From Candidatus Iainarchaeum sp. (GTDB lineage Archaea; Iainarchaeota; Iainarchaeia; Iainarchaeales; CSSED10-239): a stretch of 12,675 nt of DNA. Of this stretch, positions 1-7,291 are shown piece after piece. The stretch spans positions 1 to 12,675 of the forward strand of contig PWLL01000097.1 of the NCBI GenBank assembly GCA_003559395.1, written 5' to 3'. The translations under genes were made by a program, and so were the position numbers. The notes under the pieces were generated by a model. That model worked only from the letters and a program-made list of their open reading frames with translations, did no database searches and was not told where the DNA came from. Each line of letters starts with the position of its first letter. Within the stretch, counting starts at the first letter, position 1.

Positions 1-17
1 AAAGAAACTTTAGAAAG

Positions 18-548
18 GTGATAAATATAAACTATAAATTTTTATTTTTATTTTTAGGATTAATACTTTTGTTGAGTCCTATACATGCTAATTACACAAT
101 CTCAGATCTACGGATGCCTGACAGAGTTTATGTTGGAGAGGATTTTAATATTTCTGTTTTTGTTTCAAATAATACTCCGGATGTAAATAATATAGATTAT
201 AATTATTTTTTAATTAATCCTAATAATCAAATCATTAAACAAGAAGAAAGAACGGTTTCAAACATTTCTGGAAATAATGTAAGAGAAGATGTTCTTGAGT
301 TTGTTTGGGATAATGCAACTGGAGATCAAATAGCACTAGATGTAAATGCCTCAGTAAACAGCTATGTTTTTCAAGTTTATATTGAACCAAATGAGGGTGG
401 TTCTCCTCCTGCAAACTTTAGTAGAAAATATTTTATAGTATCTAATCCTCCAAGAGATATTCCTGTTTCTGATATGCCAATAATTTTGTCTTTTGTTTTT
501 TTGATAGTTGTTGTTTTTATGTTTAGTTATAAATCAAAGAAAAAATGA
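18..548 (+). CDS. Small secreted, surface-anchored protein: signal peptide, one Ig-like (CARDB-like) beta-sandwich ectodomain, C-terminal TM anchor
   Basis: ORF runs from GTG(18) to TGA(546-548). The frame is also open back to base 3, so the start could lie upstream of the window. However, a signal-peptide pattern (MININYK / FLFLFLGLILLLSP / IHA|N) follows the GTG directly. The ectodomain shows a CARDB-like strand pattern (VYVGEDFNISVFVSNNT ... VLEFVWDNATG ... YVFQVYIEP) and 7 N-x-S/T sequons. It ends in a C-terminal hydrophobic helix (MPIILSFVFLIVVVFMF) and a KSKKK tail. Fold call is by eye only. Confidence 0.6.
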   Translation: MININYKFLFLFLGLILLLSPIHANYTISDLRMPDRVYVGEDFNISVFVSNNTPDVNNIDYNYFLINPNNQIIKQEERTVSNISGNNVREDVLEFVWDNATGDQIALDVNASVNSYVFQVYIEPNEGGSPPANFSRKYFIVSNPPRDIPVSDMPIILSFVFLIVVVFMFSYKSKKK

Positions 549-555
549 AATAAAT

Positions 556-1473
556 ATGAATGAAGAAATTTTAAAAAAATTAAAAGATGCAGGAAAAATA
601 AATCATGCAGTTCAAAAGTTTGCAAAAAAAAAAGCAAAGCCAGGCGTTTCTTTATATGATCTTGGATCTTCAATAGATCAGATGATAGAAGAAAAAGGAG
701 CAAAACCTGCATGGCCAACTTGCTTGTCTATAGACTATGAAGCTGCACATAATACTTATTCTAAAGAAGAAGACCTTTCTTTGTCTGAAGAAAATGTTTT
801 AAAAATAGATGTTGGGGTCATGATTGATGGATATATTACAGATTCTGCACAAACAATTATTTTTAATAAAAAACACGAACCTTTAAAAGAAGCAAGTTTA
901 GATGCACTTTTATCTTCAAAAAAACATTTGCAAGAAAATTATAAGTCTGCAAAGATTTCTGATGTAGGAAAGATAATAGAAGAAACAATTACAAAAAAAG
1001 GATATAAACCAGTTCAAAATCTTTCAGGTCATTTTTTAGGACAATATAAAACACATGATTTCCCGTCTATACCAAATATCTATACAGATCTTGATCTTAA
1101 GTTTATTGATTTTGAAAATAATTTTGCAATAGAACCTTTTGCTTCAACTGGAAGAGGGTTTATAAATGAAGGAAATGTTTTGCGTATCTTTACTTTTTTA
1201 GAAGAAAAACCAATCAGAGATAAAAATGCACGAAAGTTAATAGAAGAAGTAAAAGAATATAAGGGCGTTCAGTTTTTAGAAGAATGGGTTGGCAAAGACC
1301 TTAGTTCTTTTGAAAGAAAGTTTGCTTTAAGAGAACTTTTAAGAGCAGAAATTATTGAAGGATATCCTGTTTTAGTTGACAATAAAGATAGTTTTGTTTC
1401 TCAAGCAGAAAGTACGTTTGTTATTACTAAAGAAGGGCTATTAGATTTGGTGAAGATTGATGAACTTGAATGA
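556..1473 (+). CDS. map: Methionine aminopeptidase, type 2 (archaeal MetAP, Peptidase_M24 pita-bread fold)
   Basis: I place the start at ATG 556. The track ORF begins at TTG 508, which would overlap the upstream gene. The 305-aa product matches archaeal MetAP2 along its whole length by eye: AAHNTY; KIDVGVMIDGYITDSAQT (two Asp metal ligands); NLSGH (His ligand); FAIEPFAS (Glu ligand); GYPVL; SQAEST (Glu ligand). It also carries the helical insert typical of type-2 enzymes (KNARKLIEEVKEYKGVQFLEEWV...FALRELL). Confidence 0.93.
   Translation: MNEEILKKLKDAGKINHAVQKFAKKKAKPGVSLYDLGSSIDQMIEEKGAKPAWPTCLSIDYEAAHNTYSKEEDLSLSEENVLKIDVGVMIDGYITDSAQTIIFNKKHEPLKEASLDALLSSKKHLQENYKSAKISDVGKIIEETITKKGYKPVQNLSGHFLGQYKTHDFPSIPNIYTDLDLKFIDFENNFAIEPFASTGRGFINEGNVLRIFTFLEEKPIRDKNARKLIEEVKEYKGVQFLEEWVGKDLSSFERKFALRELLRAEIIEGYPVLVDNKDSFVSQAESTFVITKEGLLDLVKIDELE
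1449..1453 (+). promoter_or_regulatory. Shine-Dalgarno-like GGTGA for the membrane-protein gene, inside the 3' end of map
   Basis: GGTGA lies 6 nt upstream of ATG 1460. The start overlaps the map stop (1471-1473) in the string ATGAACTTGAATGA. Confidence 0.4.
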
Positions 1474-2590
1474 AATATTAAACAAAGAAACCTTATTAAA
1501 ATCGTTTATTGTTTCAATCACTATTTTGTTTTGGATTTATTTTTATGTGATATCAAATGCGGATGTTTTTTCTGTAGTTATTGTTGATCTTGCAACTATA
1601 ATAAACACTTTCTTTTCAACAAATTTTTTAATATTTATGCTTTTGTTTCCTTTACCTACAGTTCTTTTAACTGTGTTTTCATTAAAAGACAATATAACTT
1701 ATGTTTTATCTTATTGTTTTTTAAGCGTGTTAATTGCAATTGTTCTTTCTTTAGTTTTGTTTAATATTAGTTTTTTGTTTGTTGTTTTTTTAGCACTATA
1801 TTTAATCACAAACGCTATTTTAGTTGTTCTTGCAAAACAAAAATTTAATGTTGTTAAAAAACCTTTTACAGTTATTAATTATGTTGGTGCAAAAGCAACT
1901 ATGTTTTTTTGTATTGTTTTATTTATTATTTTATTTTTAGCAATCGCTCCAGCACAACAACAAAACGCTATAAATTTTCAAGCAGGTATGGTTAATTTGT
2001 TTGTTGGTGATGATCTTAGTAGTTGGCTTGGTACCTCTTATAATCTAAGTTATGTTTGTACAAAACAAAATTTTGAACAACTAATAAGATCTCCTCAATT
2101 TAAAAATCTTAAACAAAACAACGATTCAACAAGTGTAGCCTTTGTTCAGTTTGTTGAAGGCTATAGTGAAGACTTGTTAGATGGGCGTATGTCAAGATCA
2201 CAAGCACTTTTGCCAGATCTTACAGCTATTGAGCTTAAAGAGGATGTGTTAAACACACTAAGAGAAATTCCTTTAATGAATTTTATAGAAAAATATTTTG
2301 GTATTATCTTTGCAATTTTGATTGTTTCTATTGTTTACGTGTATTTTGTGTTTGCTTTTAGTATATTTAGTTTGTTTTTGTTTTTTTTATTTTTAAAAAT
2401 AATATATAAAAAAGATGATTTTAAAAAAAGTCCAAAAAACAAACTATCTACAAACAAAACACAAGAAAATAAGAACTTAGAAGAAAAACCATCTAATAAA
2501 AATATACCAGAAGATAAAGAAGATGTTTCAAAAGAAGCTTTTGAAGAATATTTTAGTCAAAAAGATGGGCCAAGAAAAGAAATAAAATAA
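1460..2590 (+). CDS. Polytopic membrane protein of unknown function with a Lys/Glu-rich C-terminal tail
   Basis: ATG 1460 is preceded by GGTGA (1449-1453) at 6-nt spacing. The track start at 1457 is a TTG one codon upstream. The gene overlaps the map stop by 14 nt. It has about 5 hydrophobic helices in the first ~165 aa, then a ~110-aa polar loop (QQQNAINFQ...LREIPLMNF), then one long or two short hydrophobic segments (FGIIFAILIVSIVYVYFVFAFSIFSLFLFFLFL). It ends in a ~70-aa charged tail (KKDDFKKSPKNK...). I recognise no family motif. Confidence 0.7.
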   Translation: MNLNEILNKETLLKSFIVSITILFWIYFYVISNADVFSVVIVDLATIINTFFSTNFLIFMLLFPLPTVLLTVFSLKDNITYVLSYCFLSVLIAIVLSLVLFNISFLFVVFLALYLITNAILVVLAKQKFNVVKKPFTVINYVGAKATMFFCIVLFIILFLAIAPAQQQNAINFQAGMVNLFVGDDLSSWLGTSYNLSYVCTKQNFEQLIRSPQFKNLKQNNDSTSVAFVQFVEGYSEDLLDGRMSRSQALLPDLTAIELKEDVLNTLREIPLMNFIEKYFGIIFAILIVSIVYVYFVFAFSIFSLFLFFLFLKIIYKKDDFKKSPKNKLSTNKTQENKNLEEKPSNKNIPEDKEDVSKEAFEEYFSQKDGPRKEIK

Positions 2591-2621
2591 TTACTAACCA
2601 TTAATATATTTAAGATTAATC

Positions 2622-3941
2622 ATGTACAAAAAAATATTTCCAATAATTGTTGTTTTTTGCTTATTTATGATTGTTTCTAATATTTATTGCTTATCTATAT
2701 TAGATGCACAAAATATTGCAAGAGAATATAATTTAGAAAACGAGTTTATAGACTCTAGAGTTTTTCAGATAAATTGTGAGGACCAACATTTTTCTGTTGT
2801 AAGTGTAGTTAACGCTAGAGTAGAACTGATATTTTTTGTGCCAATTGATCGAGAAAAGAACATCTACACAGAAGATGATAAGACATTAGAAAATATTTTT
2901 AAAACAACATCTTTTTTAAGAGAAATAACTAAACAAACACAAGAAAATTATTTGAATGTTACTTTAATTGATTCTATGGATCAATTGATTACTATTCTAA
3001 ACTCTAAAAAAGCACAACTTAACGGAGTTGTTACTTCAGATTATTCTGAAAATATAACCTTAACAACTAAAGAAACTAGAGAACATCTAGAACAACTGGT
3101 TGATTTGTTACGTTCTTTAAGAGAGGGGTCAGATAACGCCTTAAAGAGTCAACAAAACTTCGTAAACGAACCAACTTGTCACAAAACTAGTGGTGTTGTG
3201 ATTGATTTAAGAGATGCGTTTGTGGGTTATAATGAATTGACATTATATGGTCTTAATTATCAAAATTCAATAAATAAGATAACAGAAGCAATTGTTGCAG
3301 AAAAAGAAATTAACGAAACAACTAAAATGATTATTTCTGGATATGTTGCTGCTCCACCAAACTTAAGTAAAGATATAAGTAATATTCAAGAAAGAATTTC
3401 TAGTACTCATTTTTTTTATAATGCAATTATTGCTGATTATTCAAAAATAGGAGAAAACAATCCAGCTATAGAAGCAAAAAATAATTTTTTATCAAGACAA
3501 AATTATGTAAAAGTAAATACTTTGTTGTATGAAAGAGATTCAGATCTAAAAAACACTTTAGATAACATTGTTCGATTAATTTTAGATGAAACCAGATATC
3601 CTTATTGGAAAGATAGACAAACACTAAGTAATCTTGAAGAAAATTACGAAGAAATAAATAATTTAATAGATAGAAAAAGACATTTAGAAGCAATACCTAA
3701 AATAAAACTATTAAAATCACAAGCCATAAAGATTGAAAATGAAGGTTTTGTTGATATTTCTGATGTTCAAGAAGGTTATGATTATTATATAGTGTTTGTT
3801 GTTATTATTTTGTTAGTTCTTTTATTTCTTCTTCTTAAGAAAAAGAAACCATCTAAAAAAAAGAAATCTAAAAATCAAAAACCTTTAAAAAAATCAAAAG
3901 ATGTTTTAGATTCTTTTAAAGAAAAAGATCCTTTTAAATAG
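2622..3941 (+). CDS. Surface protein of unknown function: N-terminal signal/anchor, ~370-aa mostly helical ectodomain, C-terminal TM anchor and poly-Lys tail
   Basis: ORF from ATG 2622 to TAG 3939-3941. N-terminal hydrophobic segment is IFPIIVVFCLFMIVSNIYC. The polar region is rich in heptad-like helical sequence. C-terminal TM segment is YYIVFVVIILLVLLFLLL, followed by KKKKPSKKKKSKNQKPLKKSK. No recognisable family. Its 3' end overlaps the convergent ATPase gene by 8 nt. Confidence 0.7.
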   Translation: MYKKIFPIIVVFCLFMIVSNIYCLSILDAQNIAREYNLENEFIDSRVFQINCEDQHFSVVSVVNARVELIFFVPIDREKNIYTEDDKTLENIFKTTSFLREITKQTQENYLNVTLIDSMDQLITILNSKKAQLNGVVTSDYSENITLTTKETREHLEQLVDLLRSLREGSDNALKSQQNFVNEPTCHKTSGVVIDLRDAFVGYNELTLYGLNYQNSINKITEAIVAEKEINETTKMIISGYVAAPPNLSKDISNIQERISSTHFFYNAIIADYSKIGENNPAIEAKNNFLSRQNYVKVNTLLYERDSDLKNTLDNIVRLILDETRYPYWKDRQTLSNLEENYEEINNLIDRKRHLEAIPKIKLLKSQAIKIENEGFVDISDVQEGYDYYIVFVVIILLVLLFLLLKKKKPSKKKKSKNQKPLKKSKDVLDSFKEKDPFK

Positions 3942-6033
3942 AGGCGCCAGAAATTTTTATTTGTTCTGGTTTGTTTTCTTCTGGTTTTTTCATTTTTTTA
4001 GTATGTAGTGTTTCTTTTGCCTTATATTTGTTTAAAGCTAATTTAAATTCAACATAATCTTTAGGTGTGTCTTTTTCAAGTAATTCATCAATAAATTTCT
4101 TTCTTTTGTTTATGGTTTCTAATAGGTCGTTTAACTTTATTCCGTGTTCTCTAGAAATTTCTTTTAATAATTCACTTCTATAGGTTATTGGTAGATCTTT
4201 TGTAAACAAATCATCTTTCTTTTTATCTTCTTTTTCATACATACTATAAACTGCATTATATTCTATTTTTCTTTCTTTAACGTTATATTCTCTAATCTCA
4301 TCAATTTCTTTAATATGTCTTTTTGTTTCACTTGTGCCACTAAATCCAGCAACAAGAACAACATCAAGACTAGTTAACAGAGAAGGTTCTAAGGAAATTG
4401 GTGGCGTGATTAATCTGTTTACAAGATCGTTAACGTTTTTTGCGTGGATTGTAGATAAACAACTATGTCCAGATGCCATTCCTTGGAACATAAGAGACAT
4501 CTCTCTACCTCTAACTTCACCAATTACTAGATAGTCTGGTCTTTGTCTAAAAGACCCTTTTATAAGAGCCTCCATATCTACTTCACCATATTTTTTTCCT
4601 TGACTATCTGGAGGTCCAAATCCTGGTCTTGTAACTTGTGGAATCCAATTTTCCATTAAAAGATTAATTTCTCTAGTATCTTCAATAGAAACAACTCTTT
4701 GTCCAGCTGGAATAAAAGAACTAATCACATTTAATAAAGTTGTTTTTCCTGCAGCTGTAGGACCAATAACAACTAATGTTTTTTTAAATTCAATGACAGT
4801 CCAAAGATAAGATACCATTGTTGGATTTAAGGTTCCACTTTTTATTAAGTCGATTGCAGTCAATGGTTTTTGTGGGAATTTTCTGATAGTAAAGGTTGGC
4901 CCTCTTGTAGATACGTTTGAGGTTAGTGTAGCATTTACACGAGATCCGTCTGGTAAAATTGCATCTAATAAAGGGCTTGCATAAGAAACATAACTTTTAC
5001 TAAGATGTGCCATCTTGATTACAAAATCTTGAAGTTCTTTTTCTGTATCCATTTTTATGTTTGTTGATATATGGCCGTATTTTCTATGTACTATAAACAC
5101 AGGTATTCCTATACCGTCTCCTTCAATATCCTCAATTAGTGGATCATGCATCAAAGGTTCTATTTTATCAAGACCTTTTATTTGTCTTGCTATATAATAA
5201 ACAATTTTTGATTTTTGTTCTTTTGTTAGTTTATATTTCTTTTTTTCAAAGAGTTTATTTATTTGGTTAAATAATGATTTTTCTTCATTAACATCTAATA
5301 AAGAAATTTTATTAATAAGATCTCTTTTTGTTTCTTTTAGTACGTTTTCTTCTTCTGGAGTTAGTTCTGGTTCTGCAACAACGTATTCTCTTTCTCCATC
5401 TTTGGTTCTAATAAATGCGTAAGCAAATCCAGGAATTAACACTTGGTAGTTTTCTGGTTTTAGTTCGTTTGGAAGTTCAAATTTAGGTCCAATTGGTTTT
5501 TCAATATATTCTTCTTCTTTAGTTTTTGGTTTTTCTTTTTTAGTTTTATGTGTAAGTCCTAAAATTTCTAAAATGCTTTTTGATTTTTTTTCTTTTTTCT
5601 TTGGTTCTGGCTCTATTTTCTTTTTTTTAAGTTCTTTATCAACAGGTATTTTTATTTTTTTTATCTTTGGTTTTATTTCTGATTTTATTTTTGGTATTTT
5701 TTCTTCTGCTTTTGCTTTCTTAAAAATATCTATTAAAGATCTTTTTTTAAGATAAAAAGTTTTGTTTCTTGGAAATTCTATATCTTCACAAATGTTACTA
5801 AATTGTTTTTCAAAAGAAACCAGTTTTTCAACAATCTTAGTATCTGTTTCTTTTGATTTTAGAAATAGTTTTTCTTTTTTGAGGTCTTTTATTAGATCTG
5901 CTTTAGAGGTTTCGTTATTATAATATTTTGTCCACAGATTTTTTTCTTTTTCAGCTCTACTATCCTCTATCTCATATATTTCATGTATTGTATCTATTAG
6001 TTTTTTTGTTTTTTGATTGGAGGGAATTTTCAT
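3934..6033 (-). CDS. Type IV filament / archaellum-type secretion ATPase (FlaI/ArlI-PilB-GspE family, T2SSE domain) with a long Lys-rich N-terminal extension
   Basis: 699 aa. Motifs seen: Walker A GPTAAGKT (nt 4741-4764); Asp-box/Walker B RQRPDYLVIGEVRGRE; His-box SGHSCLSTIHA; archaeal FlaI-type motif STRGPTFTIRKF; N-domain motif EYVVAEPELTPEE. The recognisable core starts near residue ~195. Residues 1-195 are an extra segment that includes the low-complexity run KIPKIKSEIKPKIKKIKIPVDKELKKKKIEPEPKKKEKKSKS. Confidence 0.92.
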   Translation of the reverse strand: MKIPSNQKTKKLIDTIHEIYEIEDSRAEKEKNLWTKYYNNETSKADLIKDLKKEKLFLKSKETDTKIVEKLVSFEKQFSNICEDIEFPRNKTFYLKKRSLIDIFKKAKAEEKIPKIKSEIKPKIKKIKIPVDKELKKKKIEPEPKKKEKKSKSILEILGLTHKTKKEKPKTKEEEYIEKPIGPKFELPNELKPENYQVLIPGFAYAFIRTKDGEREYVVAEPELTPEEENVLKETKRDLINKISLLDVNEEKSLFNQINKLFEKKKYKLTKEQKSKIVYYIARQIKGLDKIEPLMHDPLIEDIEGDGIGIPVFIVHRKYGHISTNIKMDTEKELQDFVIKMAHLSKSYVSYASPLLDAILPDGSRVNATLTSNVSTRGPTFTIRKFPQKPLTAIDLIKSGTLNPTMVSYLWTVIEFKKTLVVIGPTAAGKTTLLNVISSFIPAGQRVVSIEDTREINLLMENWIPQVTRPGFGPPDSQGKKYGEVDMEALIKGSFRQRPDYLVIGEVRGREMSLMFQGMASGHSCLSTIHAKNVNDLVNRLITPPISLEPSLLTSLDVVLVAGFSGTSETKRHIKEIDEIREYNVKERKIEYNAVYSMYEKEDKKKDDLFTKDLPITYRSELLKEISREHGIKLNDLLETINKRKKFIDELLEKDTPKDYVEFKLALNKYKAKETLHTKKMKKPEENKPEQIKISGASI

Positions 6034-6058
6034 AGAACATCTTAATCCAAATAATTAT

Positions 6059-6412
6059 TTATTCTTTTTTTTCTTCTACAATTTCTGGAGCACCATCTAC
6101 TTCTGTCTTTTGATTGTATGCTTCTTTAACTTCGTTTAACTTATCACTAATTAGGTTTATAATTTCTGCAAGCTCATCCCATGTCTTTTTTTTGTTATTT
6201 CTTATTTCTTCTTCTTTTTTTTGATTTGCTTCAAGCATAGTGGCATATGTAAATTTTGTAATCTCTTCATCTTCTAGTTTTTTTTTAATTTTTTGTAAAT
6301 CTTGTTTTACTGTTTCTTCTTCAGCTTCAGCCATGTTCATAAGTTCTAGTTTTGCTACAATTCCGTTTGCTTTTTCTTCAATTTCTTTTAAATTGTTTTT
6401 TACATTTGTCAT
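6059..6412 (-). CDS. Small acidic coiled-coil protein, no TM segment, unknown function
   Basis: 117 aa, starting at ATG 6412. It is preceded by GAGGT (6421-6425, minus strand) at 8-nt spacing and lies 6 nt after the upstream gene. Glu/Lys-rich heptad-like sequence (LKEIEEKANGIVAKLELMNMAEAEEETVKQDLQKIKKKLEDEE...). No nucleotide-binding motif. Coding status is supported by the Shine-Dalgarno (SD) site and the operon packing. Confidence 0.6.
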   Translation of the reverse strand: MTNVKNNLKEIEEKANGIVAKLELMNMAEAEEETVKQDLQKIKKKLEDEEITKFTYATMLEANQKKEEEIRNNKKKTWDELAEIINLISDKLNEVKEAYNQKTEVDGAPEIVEEKKE

Positions 6413-6418
6413 AATAAA

Positions 6419-6913
6419 CTACCTCGTATTTTTTTTAATAATCCTATTTTTTGAGTCATATATATTAATATAATAAGAATCTAAATTTTTATACTCGCAA
6501 TTACATAAATATATGTTCGTATCGTTTATAAACCTTTCTATTTTGGTTATAGAACCATTTTCTATAATTTCACCTCGGATTTCTCCATCTACCATAAAAT
6601 TACAATCTTTTTTAAGATGATTTGAAACATAATAATAGTTGTTATCAGCAAAGATGCTACAAAGTTCTACATCATGATTGTTTGCTCTTATATAAGTAAT
6701 AAAAGATTCTTGAAAGTTTTTTATTATTGTTTCATCTTTTTCTTTTACAGAGATTCTTGAAAATTCATTTGTGTAGTTGTTTACTAGGTGGTTTGTTATT
6801 GTTTCTTCTTTTGGGATTTCTCTAGACATAATAATAATGCCAGTAACTAAACCAATTGTAATCATAACTATAAGAATAAATGTATATCCTTTTTCTGAAA
6901 ATATAACCCTCAT
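6419..6913 (-). CDS. Type IV pilin-like / FlaF-FlaG-like monotopic protein (possible class III signal peptide)
   Basis: 164 aa. The N-terminus MRVIFSEKG|YTFILIVMITIGLVTGIIIM fits the archaeal class III pattern: a short charged leader, K-G, then about 20 hydrophobic residues. The Cys-containing beta-rich ectodomain has 4 Cys. It lies 9 nt downstream of the previous gene in the operon. Confidence 0.55.
   Translation of the reverse strand: MRVIFSEKGYTFILIVMITIGLVTGIIIMSREIPKEETITNHLVNNYTNEFSRISVKEKDETIIKNFQESFITYIRANNHDVELCSIFADNNYYYVSNHLKKDCNFMVDGEIRGEIIENGSITKIERFINDTNIYLCNCEYKNLDSYYINIYDSKNRIIKKNTR
6421..6425 (-). promoter_or_regulatory. Shine-Dalgarno-like GAGGT for the coiled-coil gene
   Basis: GAGGT lies 8 nt upstream of ATG 6412 and overlaps the TAG stop of the upstream gene (6419-6421). 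This suggests translational coupling. Confidence 0.45.
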
Positions 6914-6922
6914 ATTTTTTCC

Positions 6923-7285
6923 TTAATTATAACCAAACATAACAGATAAAGTCTTGTTTGTATCTGCAAAATAATAATTTACACTTTTTGTGTTTTTATA
7001 AGATAATATATCATAATCGTTATATACACAATCTGAAGATATATAATCACAAATTTTTATGGTGTACGCTATATCTAGATAAACATCCAAAAAATCATAA
7101 ACTTTATTTACATCTTTATTATCTACAAGATTTCTAAAGTTGTCTTGTTGTGCTTTCATGTGTATAATGTCTTTGTTTCTTTCACCTATTGTTAGAGTGC
7201 TTTGTTGTGTGTTTAGTTGTATTGCAGAAAACACAAAAATAAACAACATCATCAATGCAATTGTTGCTTCTATAGATTTTGTCAT
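6923..7285 (-). CDS. Type IV pilin-like / FlaF-FlaG-like monotopic protein (degenerate class III-like N-terminus)
   Basis: 120 aa. The N-terminus MTKSIEATIALMMLFIFVFSAIQL resembles the K-[GA]-Q-SIEF-hydrophobic start of archaeal class III signal peptides, but it lacks the canonical G/A at -1. Small ectodomain with 2 Cys (KICDYISSDC). It lies 6 nt downstream of the previous gene. Confidence 0.5.
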   Translation of the reverse strand: MTKSIEATIALMMLFIFVFSAIQLNTQQSTLTIGERNKDIIHMKAQQDNFRNLVDNKDVNKVYDFLDVYLDIAYTIKICDYISSDCVYNDYDILSYKNTKSVNYYFADTNKTLSVMFGYN

Positions 7286-7291
7286 ATATTA

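Noticed and set aside
1381-1473. Possible loss of activity in MetAP, because the residue after the last metal-binding Glu is Ser (SQAEST) instead of the His seen in many type-2 enzymes (FEHT).
   Set aside because: All five metal-ligand positions (D, D, H, E, E) and the AAH motif appear intact by eye. The substituted residue is not a metal ligand as far as I recall, so there is not enough evidence to call a pseudoenzyme.
5494-5736. A T-rich low-complexity tract on the plus strand that might be read as a non-coding spacer, terminator run or regulatory poly-T region.
   Set aside because: It is the antisense of an uninterrupted AAA/AAG-rich coding stretch (the Lys-rich tract) inside the continuous 699-codon ATPase ORF. 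No stop codons interrupt the frame.
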